Shown: positions 10,186 through 19,956, counted from the stretch's first letter. The stretch is 64,000 nucleotides of DNA from Actinomycetota bacterium (GCA_036555645.1 DATBLA010000185.1:17694-81693); one strand, 5' to 3'. The notes: generated from the letters alone by a model not told the origin. A program made the numbers and translations.

Positions 10186-10782
10186 ATGAGGACGATCGAG
10201 GAGGCGGCGCTCGAGGCCTCGACGTGCACGCGGTGCCGGCTGTCCGAGGGTCGGACGCAGGTCGTCTACGGCGTCGGAAGCCCGCAGGCGGAACTGATGT
10301 TCATCGGCGAGGGTCCCGGCTACCACGAGGACAAGCAGGGAGAGCCGTTCGTCGGGGCCGCCGGCCAGCTCCTGAACCAGATGCTCGGTGAGATCGGCGT
10401 GTCCAGGGCGGACGTGTACATCAACAACGTCGTCATGTGCCGCCCACCCGGCAACCGCGACCCACTCCCCGACGAGATCGAGGCCTGTCAGCCCTGGCTC
10501 GACGAGCGGATCTCGATCATCGGCCCCGCCGTCGTCGTGACGCTCGGGAACTGGGCGACCCGGTTCGTCCTCGGTCCGCGCATCTCGATCAGCCGGGTCC
10601 GGGGGCAGCGGTTCCCCTGGAACGGCCGGACGGTGATCCCGACCTTCCATCCGGCGGCGATCCTGCACGGGGGAGGCCAGGCCTCGTCGCAGATGGCGGC
10701 GCTGCGTTCGGACTTCCAGGAGATCGCCCGCGCGCTCGCCGAGCGCCCCGAGATGGCCGAGGAGCAGCTGGGCCTGTTCTGA
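10186..10782 (+). CDS. Uracil-DNA glycosylase, family 4
   Basis: CTRCRL...FIGEGPGYHED...FVGAAGQLL motifs. Confidence 0.8.
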   Translation: MRTIEEAALEASTCTRCRLSEGRTQVVYGVGSPQAELMFIGEGPGYHEDKQGEPFVGAAGQLLNQMLGEIGVSRADVYINNVVMCRPPGNRDPLPDEIEACQPWLDERISIIGPAVVVTLGNWATRFVLGPRISISRVRGQRFPWNGRTVIPTFHPAAILHGGGQASSQMAALRSDFQEIARALAERPEMAEEQLGLF

Positions 10783-11270
10783 TGCGACTGCGGCTCCGCG
10801 CTTCGACGGCCGAGGACCTCCGGGCGATCGGCGCCGCGATCGCGCCGTTGCTCGTGGCCGGCGACGCGATCGCGCTCGGCGGCGACCTGGGAGCCGGCAA
10901 GACGACGCTCGCGCAGGGCCTGGCTCGCGGGCTCGGCATCGCCGGGCCCGTCACCTCGCCCACGTTCACGCTCGTCCGGGAGTATCCGCACGGCCGGCTG
11001 CCGCTCCTGCACGCGGACGTCTACCGCCTCGATCGCGTCCAGGACGTCCTCGACCTCGCGCTCGAGGAGGACGCCGAGGGCGGTGTCCTCGTCGTCGAGT
11101 GGGGCGACGTGATCGAGGCGCTCCTTCCGCAGGAGCATCTCGTCATCGAGCTCACGGTCGCCGAGCCCGGAGACGATCGCGAGGTGTTCCTTCGGGCCGA
11201 CGGTGACACGTGGACGCTGCGCGCCGCGGGACTGGAGCGTGCGCTCGGCGCCTGGCTGGTGGCGGCGTGA
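10782..11270 (+). CDS. tsaE: tRNA threonylcarbamoyladenosine biosynthesis ATPase TsaE (ATGA overlap with udg)
   Basis: GDLGAGKTTLAQGLARGLGI...SPTFTLVREY P-loop signature. The track ORF 10437..11270 is an upstream extension. Confidence 0.85.
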   Translation: MRLRLRASTAEDLRAIGAAIAPLLVAGDAIALGGDLGAGKTTLAQGLARGLGIAGPVTSPTFTLVREYPHGRLPLLHADVYRLDRVQDVLDLALEEDAEGGVLVVEWGDVIEALLPQEHLVIELTVAEPGDDREVFLRADGDTWTLRAAGLERALGAWLVAA

Positions 11271-11298
11271 GCCTGCTCGGCGCCGGACGGGCGCGATC

Positions 11299-12006
11299 GT
11301 GATCGTCCTCGGGATCGACACCTCGACGACGCAGACGTCGGTCGCGCTCGGCACCGAGAACGAGCTCGTGGCGGCCGCCTCGTTCGTCGGCGCCCGCCGG
11401 CACGACGACGTGGTCCCGGCGATCGACCGGCTGCTGGAGTGGAGCGGCCTCGAGCTCGGGCAGGTCGGTGGGGTGGCGGTGGGCGTGGGACCCGGCCGGT
11501 ACACGGGGCTTCGGATCGGCATCGAGGCGGGCAAGACGCTCGCTCAGGTGCTCGCCGTCCCGATCGTCGGGATCCCCTCACTCGACGTGCTGGCGTTCGG
11601 GGTCCGGCACACGAGCCGGTGCATCGTCTCGGTGATCGACGCCCGGCGCCGCGAGGTGTTCTTCGCCACCTATCGCCCGGTCCCCGGCGGCGTCGTGCGT
11701 CTTGGGGAGTACCGGGTGGCGACTCCGGGCACCCTGGCCGCCGAGCTCGAGGCGCTCCACGAGGAGGTGCTCCTCGTCGGCGACGGTGCCGTCGAGTACC
11801 GGCACGAGCTCGAGCAGGCCGACGCCCGAGTCGAGATCGCGCCCGCCTCGCTCGCCCACCCCTGGGCCTCGGCGCTGGTCGGGCTGTCGGCGCCGAGGTT
11901 CATCCGCGAGGAGACCGCTCGCCCCGAAGACCTCGTCCCGCTCTACCTCAGGAAGACGGACGCGGAGATCGCCTGGGATCGCCGGGCGGTGGATCCGGCG
12001 GGCTGA
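11299..12006 (+). CDS. tsaB: tRNA t6A biosynthesis protein TsaB (GTG start inferred)
   Basis: IVLGIDTSTTQTSVAL...GPGRYTGLRIG inactive-Kae1-homolog signature. Confidence 0.8.
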   Translation: MIVLGIDTSTTQTSVALGTENELVAAASFVGARRHDDVVPAIDRLLEWSGLELGQVGGVAVGVGPGRYTGLRIGIEAGKTLAQVLAVPIVGIPSLDVLAFGVRHTSRCIVSVIDARRREVFFATYRPVPGGVVRLGEYRVATPGTLAAELEALHEEVLLVGDGAVEYRHELEQADARVEIAPASLAHPWASALVGLSAPRFIREETARPEDLVPLYLRKTDAEIAWDRRAVDPAG

Positions 12007-12123
12007 GGCGACCGGAGGCCGCGATACCGGGCGGAGTACACTCGCGGACCAGCGAGCGGGTCGTGGCCGCGACGGGAGCGTCGCCCGACGCGACCCGATC
12101 GCCGGCGCGAGCGAGGACGTCCG

Positions 12124-12693
12124 ATGCGTAGATCGCTTGAGATCAGCGAGCCCGAGGCCTCGCGGCTCGAGGTGACGAGGATGCGGCGGCGTCACCTTCG
12201 AGGCGTCATGGCGATCGAGCGCCAGGTCTACCCGCGGCCGTGGAGCCCGAACCTGTTCCTGTCCGAGATGTCCGAGTCGCGCACCCGCTGTTACCTCGTC
12301 GCGAGGATCGAGCGGGACGTCATCGGGTACGGGGGTCTCATCTGTTACGGCGAGGAGGCCCACGTGACGAACGTGGCCGTCGATCCGAGCCACCACCGCC
12401 GGGGAGTCGGCACGAGACTGCTGCACGACCTCGTCGTCGAGGCGACCGACATGGGGGCCCAGGCGGTCTCGCTGGAGGTCAGGGTCACCAACTGGGGGGC
12501 GCAACGTCTCTACGGCCGGTTCGGGTTCCGCCCGGCGGGCGTTCGCAAGAACTACTACCAGGAGATCGGCGAGGACGCGCTCATCATGTGGGCGGACGAT
12601 ATCGGCGGCGACGTCTTCCGCCGGCGCCTCCGGCGGCTGGCCGAGCAGCTTCCCGACGGGATCCGGCCCGACGGGATCGCTCGGTCGGCGTGA
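12124..12693 (+). CDS. rimI: Ribosomal-protein-alanine N-acetyltransferase (start ambiguous: 12124 or 12181)
   Basis: GNAT motifs HVTNVAVDPSHHRRGVGTRLL. Conserved tsaB-rimI-tsaD order. Confidence 0.75.
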   Translation: MRRSLEISEPEASRLEVTRMRRRHLRGVMAIERQVYPRPWSPNLFLSEMSESRTRCYLVARIERDVIGYGGLICYGEEAHVTNVAVDPSHHRRGVGTRLLHDLVVEATDMGAQAVSLEVRVTNWGAQRLYGRFGFRPAGVRKNYYQEIGEDALIMWADDIGGDVFRRRLRRLAEQLPDGIRPDGIARSA

Positions 12694-12712
12694 ACCGGCC
12701 TCCCGAGTCGAC

Positions 12713-13714
12713 GTGAGGGTCCTCGGCATCGAGACCTCGTGCGACGAGACCGGGGTCGCCGTCGTGGACGACGACGTGGTCCTGTCGAACCGGCTCGCGA
12801 GCCAGACCGATCTCCACGAGCGATTCGGCGGCGTCGTGCCCGAGCTCGCGAGCCGGGCCCACGTGGAGGCGCTCAACCCCCTGCTCGAGCGTGCCCTCAA
12901 CGACGCCGACACGGACTTCGGCGACCTCGACGGCGTGGCCGTCACGGTGGGCCCCGGGCTCGTCGGGGCGCTGCTCGTCGGCATCGCCGCGGCCAAGGCC
13001 GTCGCCCTGGCGACGGGGGCGCCGTTCGTCGGCGTGAATCACCTCGAGGGTCACATCCTCGCGAACGCCGTCGAGCACGGCTCCGACTTGTTTCCGTCGG
13101 TCTGCCTCATCGTCTCGGGGGGGCACACGATGCTCGTGCACATGCCCGCCCGCCATCGGTACGAGCTGCTCGGGCAGACCGTGGACGACGCCGCGGGCGA
13201 GGCGTTCGACAAGGTCGCGCGGTTCCTCGGCCTGGGGTTCCCGGGCGGGCCGGCCCTGGACCGTCTGGCTCGAACGGGCGATCCCGAAGCGATCCGGTTC
13301 CCGCGTGCGATGGCGGACTCCGGGGACTACGATTTCTCGCTCTCCGGGTTGAAGACCGCCGTGGTGCGTCACGTCCGATCCGAGCGGGCCGCGGGCCGCG
13401 AGGTCGATGCCGCCGACGTCGCCGCGTCCTTCCAGGAGGCGATCGTCGACGTGCAGGTGTCGAAGACGATCGAGGCGGCGAAACACCTGAAGGTGGACAC
13501 CGTGCTGTTGGGAGGGGGGGTCGTGGCGAACACTCGGCTGCGGGAACGGATCGAGCGGGCGGGCTCGGAGGCCGGGCTCCGCGTCCGGTTCCCGGAGGTC
13601 TCGCTGTGCACCGACAACGGCGCCATGATCGCGATCGCGGGGGCATCGCGGCTGGCCAGGGGCGACCGTTCGAGCCTGTCGATCGGCGCCGACCCGAGCC
13701 TGGAGCTCGCGTGA
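12713..13714 (+). CDS. tsaD: tRNA N6-adenosine threonylcarbamoyltransferase (GTG start)
   Basis: VLGIETSCDETGVAVV...HLEGHI Kae1/TsaD signature. Confidence 0.9.
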   Translation: MRVLGIETSCDETGVAVVDDDVVLSNRLASQTDLHERFGGVVPELASRAHVEALNPLLERALNDADTDFGDLDGVAVTVGPGLVGALLVGIAAAKAVALATGAPFVGVNHLEGHILANAVEHGSDLFPSVCLIVSGGHTMLVHMPARHRYELLGQTVDDAAGEAFDKVARFLGLGFPGGPALDRLARTGDPEAIRFPRAMADSGDYDFSLSGLKTAVVRHVRSERAAGREVDAADVAASFQEAIVDVQVSKTIEAAKHLKVDTVLLGGGVVANTRLRERIERAGSEAGLRVRFPEVSLCTDNGAMIAIAGASRLARGDRSSLSIGADPSLELA

Positions 13715-14649
13715 CGGCCTACCTCGTGACGGGAGGCGCCGGCTTCATCGGGTCCCACCTGTGCGACCGGCTGCTCGCGGAGGGCCACCGGGTGATCGCG
13801 GTCGACGATCTGTCCACCGGCCGCATCGCCAACCTCGGGGAGGCTCGCGGCTACGGCAACGAGTTCACGTTCCTCAACATGGACGTTCGGGCCGAGGGCC
13901 TGCTCCCGCTGTTCGAGCGCCATCGGCCCGAGGTCGTCATGCACGTCGCCGCGCAGGCCGGCGTGGCTCCCTCGATCGAGGACCCGGTGCATGACGCGAG
14001 CGTGAACGTCATGGGTCTGCTCAACGTCCTCGAGTGCTGTGTGAGCACCGGCGTTCGAAAGATCGTGTTCGCGGCCTCCGGAGGGACCCTGTACGGCGAG
14101 CCGAGGCGACTCCCGGTGAAGGAGACGGCCTCCGGGCGCCCGACCTCGCCATACGGCATCAGCAAGAAGGTCGCGCTCGACTACCTCACCTTCTACGAGC
14201 GGTACCGGGGGCTCGCCTACACCGCCCTGGCCCTGGCGAACGTCTACGGACCCCGGCAGGACCCGACCGGCGAGGCCGGCGTCGTGGCGATCTTCGCCGC
14301 GCAGATGATCAACGGGCAGGCGCCGACGATCCACGGGGACGGCAACCAGACCCGCGACTACGTCTTCGTCGACGACACCGTTCACGCGTTCGCGCTCGCC
14401 GCCGAGCGAGGCGACGGCAGGGTCGTCAACGTCGGCACGGGCCTGGAGACCTCGGTGAACGGCCTGTTTCGGATGCTCGCCGAGATCACCGGCTTCGCCG
14501 GGGAGCCCGGCCAGGGGCAGGGTCGGCCCGGCGACCTCCGCAGGAGCGCCCTGGACCCCGCCCTCGCCTCGAGCGCGCTCGGCTGGCGGCCCTGGACGCA
14601 TCTCGAGGACGGGCTCGGCGAGACGGTGGCGTTCCTGAAGGGGATCTGA
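13711..14649 (+). CDS. NAD-dependent sugar epimerase (GalE-like), GTGA overlap with tsaD
   Basis: [12 protein letters not shown] Rossmann motif, YGISK catalytic YxxxK, 312 aa. Confidence 0.8.
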   Translation: MTAYLVTGGAGFIGSHLCDRLLAEGHRVIAVDDLSTGRIANLGEARGYGNEFTFLNMDVRAEGLLPLFERHRPEVVMHVAAQAGVAPSIEDPVHDASVNVMGLLNVLECCVSTGVRKIVFAASGGTLYGEPRRLPVKETASGRPTSPYGISKKVALDYLTFYERYRGLAYTALALANVYGPRQDPTGEAGVVAIFAAQMINGQAPTIHGDGNQTRDYVFVDDTVHAFALAAERGDGRVVNVGTGLETSVNGLFRMLAEITGFAGEPGQGQGRPGDLRRSALDPALASSALGWRPWTHLEDGLGETVAFLKGI

Positions 14650-14650
14650 C

Positions 14651-15283
14651 CTAGCGGGGGGGCTGCCGCGCGTCGTCGGCGATCGCCTCTCGAATCCTCC
14701 TCAAGAGCTCGATCGCCGAGCTTCCCGAGGTCCCGGCGATGATCTCGAGGTCGCCCGAGCGCAGGGAGATCCGATCCGCGCCGGATTCGCCGCGCATCGC
14801 GAGGACCTCCTCGATGAACCCCGCGATGAGGTGGCGGACCTCCGGTGAGAGCTCGGCGACGGCGGACAGATCCAGGTCGATGCCCAGCGCCCCGGGAGCT
14901 CGAAGGGCGTCGGCGAGCAGGCGATCCGGCCGGACGCCGTACAGATCGGCGAGCGCGCAGAGCCGCTCGACCGAGATCCGACGCTCACCCCGCTCGTAGC
15001 CGGCGATCCCGGAGGGGGTGAACCGCCCTCCCGAGCTTCGGCTGGCATCCCGCAGGCTGAACCCCCGGGCCTCGCGAGCCCGGCGCAGCGCCCTCCCCAG
15101 GTTGCGCGTGACGTGCTTGCCCACCAGGTACCTGTCTCGTCGAGCGCGGGCGACCAAGGGGGGGATGCCATCATGCTCCACGGGCGTAGGTGAGGAATCC
15201 GATAGGTCGCGTAGCTCGCATACGCCGCGCCTCATTCCAACGACGTACGCCCGATTGACAAGTGCGCGCTCCGCGTTCGACAC
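14651..15283 (-). CDS. XRE-family helix-turn-helix transcriptional regulator (start may be internal)
   Basis: LRRAREARGFSLRDASR...YERGERRISVERLCALADLYGV HTH_3-like. Divergent from the histidine kinase. Confidence 0.55.
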   Translation of the reverse strand: MSNAERALVNRAYVVGMRRGVCELRDLSDSSPTPVEHDGIPPLVARARRDRYLVGKHVTRNLGRALRRAREARGFSLRDASRSSGGRFTPSGIAGYERGERRISVERLCALADLYGVRPDRLLADALRAPGALGIDLDLSAVAELSPEVRHLIAGFIEEVLAMRGESGADRISLRSGDLEIIAGTSGSSAIELLRRIREAIADDARQPPR

Positions 15284-15350
15284 TTGCGTGTCTCCTTGGG
15301 AGGCAACCCTGGCTCTCGGGCGACGTTAGAGGGGGAGGAGGAACCGATCC

Positions 15351-16913
15351 GTGGAGAACGCCCCCCCCAGCTTGAGCGTCGGCAGATCCGACCCGTTTCC
15401 CGACCCCAGCGACGTCGCGCGGTCGACCGCCGGATGGGTTCGGGCCATGGTCGGGGGACCGGGCGTCGCCGTCCGGGTCAGCCTGCCTGATCGGGCGGGC
15501 CGGCTTCGCGTGCAGGCGAGCTCGGGGACCCATCGGGACGAGGGGCGTCTGCGATCGACGAGACGCCGCCAGGCCTTCGCCGAGGCCACCCCCGTCAAGG
15601 TCGTGATGGGTTCGCCGCCCGAGCGCGAGCTCCACATCCTTCCTCTCGTCTCCGAGGGCGAAGCGCTCGGCGTCGTCGAGATCGTCGGCCCCGCCGGGCG
15701 CCTGGCCGAGCGCGAGGACGCGCTCGCCGCCGCCATCCAGCAGTCGGCCCTCCTGCTCCGCGCCGCGGCCGATCGGGCCGAGGTGGACCGCGCGATGCGC
15801 GGGATGGCATCGCTGTTCGAGCTCACGGCGCAGCTCATGACCGCGGACACCCCCCTGGATGCACTCCGCCTTGGCGTCGACCTGTGCTCGGAGGAGCTCC
15901 GCGTCCCGACGGCCGGGATCCGCCCGGACCGCGGCGGACAGGGGTGGTACCTGGCGGCCGCGGCGGGGATGGGAGCGCGCCGCAGGTCGGGCTTTCGCTC
16001 GACGGCACATCGCCTCATGGTCCACGGGCGACCCGAGGACGTGCACGCCTCGGTCGCCGGGGCCTTCGCCGACGCGGTCGGCTGGGACCGTGCCGAGGTG
16101 GTCCCCACCGGCGAGGCGCTCATGCTCGTCGCGGGGCGATCCAACGGACGGCAGGGGTTCCTGTCGGCCGTCGGCTCCCTCGTCGGGGAGGCGATGTCCC
16201 ACTCGGGTGATCTCCGCACGGCCAGGTCCAGGATCGAGGGTCTCGATCTGGGCATCGCCTGGACCGCCCACGAGCTTCGCGGGCCGCTCATCGGCGCGAG
16301 CGCGGCGCTCGACCACGTGCTGGAGTCGGTCGAGGGCGCGGGCGGCAACGAGCTGCTCCTTCGCACGCGTGGCGAGCTCGAACGGCTCACCGAGCTCGTC
16401 GGCCCGCTCCTTCGGTGGTCCGCGGGGTCCGAGCTGCTCGATCGCCGCCGCGTTGAGCTCGGCGACATCGTCCGCGAGGCGGTGGACGCCTGCGTGCTCG
16501 AACACCCGGATCACCGGATCGTCATCGACGTCACGGCCTCCGTCCCGGTTCGAGCCGACGCCCGCCAGCTCTCCGGAGCCATCGCCAACGTCTTGCGAAA
16601 CGCCCTCGCGTACTCCCCGACGAGCGCCCCGGTACGGATCGTCGTCGAGCGCGACGGCGAGCGGGCCTCGGTCTGCATCAGCGATCGAGGACCGGGGATC
16701 GCCCCGGAGGAGCGCGACCTGATCTTCGACCCGTTCGCGCGGGGTGCGGCCGGTGATGGGATGCGCAGCGGCAACGGCCTCGGCCTGTTCATCGCCCGGC
16801 GGGTTGCGCTCGCCCACGGCGGCGCGCTTCGGTTGCTGCCGTCGCGTCGAGGAGCCACGTTCTGCTTCGAGCTGGCGGTGGCCTCCGAGAGGAGGCACGC
16901 ATCCGCGTCCTGA
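15351..16913 (+). CDS. Sensor histidine kinase (N-terminal GAF-like region, HisKA, HATPase_c)
   Basis: H-box AWTAHELRGPL. N/G boxes ANVLRNALAYS...DRGPGI...GNGLGLFIARRV. Confidence 0.75.
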   Translation: MENAPPSLSVGRSDPFPDPSDVARSTAGWVRAMVGGPGVAVRVSLPDRAGRLRVQASSGTHRDEGRLRSTRRRQAFAEATPVKVVMGSPPERELHILPLVSEGEALGVVEIVGPAGRLAEREDALAAAIQQSALLLRAAADRAEVDRAMRGMASLFELTAQLMTADTPLDALRLGVDLCSEELRVPTAGIRPDRGGQGWYLAAAAGMGARRRSGFRSTAHRLMVHGRPEDVHASVAGAFADAVGWDRAEVVPTGEALMLVAGRSNGRQGFLSAVGSLVGEAMSHSGDLRTARSRIEGLDLGIAWTAHELRGPLIGASAALDHVLESVEGAGGNELLLRTRGELERLTELVGPLLRWSAGSELLDRRRVELGDIVREAVDACVLEHPDHRIVIDVTASVPVRADARQLSGAIANVLRNALAYSPTSAPVRIVVERDGERASVCISDRGPGIAPEERDLIFDPFARGAAGDGMRSGNGLGLFIARRVALAHGGALRLLPSRRGATFCFELAVASERRHASAS

Positions 16914-17653
16914 TCATCGACGACCATCGGCTGTTCGCCGAGGCCATCCGAGCGACCCTCGTGACCCGGGGGTTCGACGTGCGCGTCGCGACGACCGGCG
17001 ACGAGGGTGTCCGGGTGGCTCGCGAGTACGCCCCGGATCTCGTCCTCGTCGACGTCGGCCTGCCCGATCGGAGCGGGATCGTCGTCGGCAAGGAGATCCT
17101 GGCCGAGCTCGGCCAGGAGCCACCGCCGGCATCGGGTCGATCCAACGGCGGCTCCAACGGCAAGGCCGAGCCCGATTCGCATGAGCCCGAGGGGGGAGCC
17201 GAGGGCGAGGAGCCCGGCGTCCGTCACACCCACGTCGTCGCGGTCACCGCGCTCGACGACGCCAGGCTGGCGAACGAGGCGCTCCAGGCCGGGTTCCACG
17301 GGTATCTGATGAAGGACACGAACGTCTCGCAGCTCCTGAGCGCGATCGACGCCGTCCTCGCCGGACAGGTCGTCCTCCCGAGCCGCATCGCCCGCTCGGG
17401 ATCGGGCATCCGCGAGCAGGGCAGCGACGTGCGGCTCCTCGGGCAGCAGCTCACGCGTCGCGAGCTCGAGGTCCTCGAGCTCCTCACGGAGGGCGCGAAC
17501 AGCCGCGAGATCTCGGGCGCCCTCGGCGTGGCGCCGAACACCGTCCGGACCCACGTCCAGAGCATCCTGTTCAAGTTGCAGGTGCACTCCAGGCTCGAGG
17601 CCGCGGCGTTCGCCGTCCGGCATGATCTGGTCCGTCCGAGGCCTCGGTCGTGA
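16901..17653 (+). CDS. LuxR/NarL-family response regulator. No canonical in-frame start upstream of the receiver acidic pocket; the nearest canonical start is GTG 16961
   Basis: Frame reads IRVLIIDDHRLFAEAIRATL from 16901 (ATC) six nt after GAGAGGAGG. First ATG/GTG/TTG in frame is GTG 16961, which would delete the DD pocket. C-terminal LuxR HTH (REISGALGVAPNTVRTHVQSI). Confidence 0.6.
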   Translation: MRVLIIDDHRLFAEAIRATLVTRGFDVRVATTGDEGVRVAREYAPDLVLVDVGLPDRSGIVVGKEILAELGQEPPPASGRSNGGSNGKAEPDSHEPEGGAEGEEPGVRHTHVVAVTALDDARLANEALQAGFHGYLMKDTNVSQLLSAIDAVLAGQVVLPSRIARSGSGIREQGSDVRLLGQQLTRRELEVLELLTEGANSREISGALGVAPNTVRTHVQSILFKLQVHSRLEAAAFAVRHDLVRPRPRS

Positions 17654-17809
17654 TTTCGACGTAGTTGGGCGTGCTCCGGCGCGCTGTCTGGAGCCGTTGC
17701 AGGCACGTCTCAGGCTGGGGATGCTGCATGCGACGTAGGCAGACTACGCTGGCTGATGCGTGTCGGTGAGGTGACGGGCCGGTAGCGTCTTGGCCTCTGT
17801 GCGGAAGGG

Positions 17810-18493
17810 GTGGCGATGACGGAGCGGATCCGGGTGCTCCTGGCGGACGAGCAGTCGCTGTTCCGGGAGGCAGTCCGTGCCGTGCTCCAGAGCGAGGCGG
17901 ACCTGGACGTCATCGCCGAGGCTCGCGACGGGGTCCAGGCCGTCGCCGAGGCCAAGCGGGTCCAGCCGGACGTCGCCGTGCTCGACGCCAACCTGCCCAA
18001 CTGCGACGGCATCCGGGCCACGAAGCTCATCACCGAGAGCCTCGAGTCCTGTCGTGTCCTCGTCCTGGGCGTCGACGGGGACATCCGGCAGATGGTCGAG
18101 GCGCTCGAGGCGGGTGCTCGCGGGTTCCTCACGAAGGAGATCCCCCTGGCCGAGCTCATCGAGGCAGCCAGGAGCCTGTTCCGAGGGGAGACCCTGATCC
18201 CGCCCGGGATGCTGGGGCCGTTGCTCGCTCACCTCATCAACCGCCACCGTGAGGAGGAGGAGGCCCGCCGCCGGGTCTCCCGCCTCACGAAGCGCGAGCG
18301 GGAGGTGCTCGCGCTCCTCGCGTCCGGGGGGGACAACGACACGATCGCCCAGCGCCTCGTCATCAGCCCGGAAACGGCCCGCACGCACGTCCAGAACGTG
18401 CTCGGCAAGCTCGGCGTGCACTCGCGACTCGAGGCCGCCGCGTTCGTGCTGCAGACGGGGATGATGGCGGACCTGGTCGAGGCCAACGCATGA
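17810..18493 (+). CDS. LuxR/NarL-family response regulator (start GTG 17810 or ATG 17816)
   Basis: IRVLLADEQSLFREAVR...VAVLDANLPNCDG receiver plus TKREREVLALLASGGDNDTIAQRLVISPETARTHVQNV HTH. Confidence 0.8.
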   Translation: MAMTERIRVLLADEQSLFREAVRAVLQSEADLDVIAEARDGVQAVAEAKRVQPDVAVLDANLPNCDGIRATKLITESLESCRVLVLGVDGDIRQMVEALEAGARGFLTKEIPLAELIEAARSLFRGETLIPPGMLGPLLAHLINRHREEEEARRRVSRLTKREREVLALLASGGDNDTIAQRLVISPETARTHVQNVLGKLGVHSRLEAAAFVLQTGMMADLVEANA

Positions 18494-18774
18494 CCAGCGA
18501 GGTCCGTCAGCGCCGGCCGGTCCGGCGCGAGGGCGTGTGGTTGCGCGCGACCGCGGAGGAGAACGCGGTGTTCGACCCGGCCACCGGAGGCCTCCACCTC
18601 CTCAACGAGACGGCCCGCGCGATCTGGGAGCTGTGCGACGGCGCCACGACCACGGCCGAGATGGTCGAGGCCATCTGCAGCGTCACCGGCCTGCCCCGCG
18701 ACGTGGTCACCGAGGACGTCGAGCGAACGCTCACGGAGTTCGAGCGGCTCGGGATCCTTCGCTGGGAGGAGTGA
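18490..18774 (+). CDS. PqqD-family protein (RRE-type peptide-binding fold), ATGA overlap with regulator
   Basis: 94 aa. GLHLLNETARAIWELCDGATTTAEMVEAICSVTGLPRDVVTEDVERTLTEFERLGIL fits PqqD consensus. Confidence 0.7.
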   Translation: MTSEVRQRRPVRREGVWLRATAEENAVFDPATGGLHLLNETARAIWELCDGATTTAEMVEAICSVTGLPRDVVTEDVERTLTEFERLGILRWEE

Positions 18775-18776
18775 AG

Positions 18777-19058
18777 GTGGCGGCGTCCAGACCCCAGGTG
18801 CGTGGGGACCTGGTGGTGGTGGAGCTCGACGGCGAGGCCGTCGTCTACGACGAGCGCTCGGGGGAGCTTCACCATCTGAATCCGTCCGCGACCCTGATCT
18901 TCGGGCTGCTCGACGGCAGCGCCACGATCCGAACGCTGGCCGACGACATGTCCCAGGCATTCGGAGTTCCCCAGGAGGAGATGGAATCGCAGGTCAGAGC
19001 CCTCGTGGGACAGCTCCGGCGACTCGGGCTCATCGAGGGGAAGGCCGAGGTTGGCTGA
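18777..19058 (+). CDS. Second tandem PqqD-family protein (GTG start 6 nt after GGGAGGA)
   Basis: VVVELDGEAVVYDERSGELHHLNPSATLIFGLLDGSATIRTLADDMSQAFGVPQEEMESQVRALVGQLRRLGLI. Embedded in the longer track ORF 18537..19058. Confidence 0.65.
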   Translation: MAASRPQVRGDLVVVELDGEAVVYDERSGELHHLNPSATLIFGLLDGSATIRTLADDMSQAFGVPQEEMESQVRALVGQLRRLGLIEGKAEVG

Positions 19059-19956
19059 GCTCCCCGGCATGCGCGCCTACGATCCCGACCGCCCCGATCG
19101 CGAGTCGGAGCGGCGCAGCGTGTGCCTTCGCAAGCTGGACACCCTGGCGTGGGCGGTGGAGGGAACCTTCGAGCTCGGTTCGGCGCAGGTCGGCATCCGG
19201 ACGACCTCGGCCCGGGTGGGGGCGTGGATCGACGACGTGCTGGCCGATCACCGACTCGAGGCATGGACCGACGCGACGTACTCCCTCGTCATCGCCGAGG
19301 ACGCGCCGGGACGGCGCGGGTTCCACATCCTGTACCGGGGGATCGCGCCGCTCGTGCGGACGACCGATCTCGCCACCGTGGCACGCGCGTTCCTGATGGA
19401 GATGGAGCTGCACGCCCTGAGCGAGCGGCGCGACGCGATCTTCCTGAACGCCGCCGTCCTCGGTGGTCCCCGGGGGGCCGCGCTGATCCCGTCGTCCCTG
19501 ACGACGCTGCTCGGCTCGCGCCATCGCCTGGCCGAGCGGTGGGGTCTCGCGCTCCCGGGGGCCGGGTGGGCGGCCGTCGACCCGGAGACCGGCGATCTCG
19601 TCCCGGTTGCGAGCGGCATCGGGGTCCCCGCGGATGCGGTCGAGCAGCTCGTTGGACGTCCGGAGACGAGCGTGCCGGCGAGGTGCTTCGTCGACGATGC
19701 CACCCCGGTCGAAGCCGTGCTGTTCCTGGAGCGGGAGCGGCCGGCCGCCCCGGTGTCGAGGGCAGCCGGGCTCTACCGGCTCGCCTCGAACTGCCTGAAC
19801 CTGCCGCTCGTGGGTGGCTCGGGAGGCATGGAAGGCCTCGGCCACGTCGCCGGGCGGGCCGACCTGCGGGCGGTCGCCCTCGGGCCGCTCCCGGGCCTCG
19901 TCGAGGAGATCGGTGAGGCGATGGCCGAACCCGGCCGGGTACGCGCCCTGACGTAG
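19051..19956 (+). CDS. Hypothetical protein; distant paralog of the HPr-kinase-C-like protein at 53941 but without a Walker A motif
   Basis: Central region AIFLNAAVLGGPRGAALIPSSLTTLLGS aligns with FFAVHAAAAARGGAGVLLPGPPDAGKSTLVAALT of the 53941 protein, but GKS is replaced. Start overlaps the preceding PqqD stop. Confidence 0.4.
   Translation: MAELPGMRAYDPDRPDRESERRSVCLRKLDTLAWAVEGTFELGSAQVGIRTTSARVGAWIDDVLADHRLEAWTDATYSLVIAEDAPGRRGFHILYRGIAPLVRTTDLATVARAFLMEMELHALSERRDAIFLNAAVLGGPRGAALIPSSLTTLLGSRHRLAERWGLALPGAGWAAVDPETGDLVPVASGIGVPADAVEQLVGRPETSVPARCFVDDATPVEAVLFLERERPAAPVSRAAGLYRLASNCLNLPLVGGSGGMEGLGHVAGRADLRAVALGPLPGLVEEIGEAMAEPGRVRALT

Noticed and set aside
12181-12693. Alternative shorter rimI start at ATG 12181
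   Set aside because: Both 12124 and 12181 have purine-rich upstream sequence and cannot be resolved from sequence alone. I reported the longer form with reduced confidence.
17654-17809. Searched the 156-bp gap before the LuxR-PqqD operon, and gaps near 19956-20037 and 24180-24189, for a short RiPP precursor ORF
   Set aside because: Only 5-13 codon ORFs without RBS or leader-like features were found (e.g. MRRRQTTLADACR). No convincing precursor peptide exists in the window.
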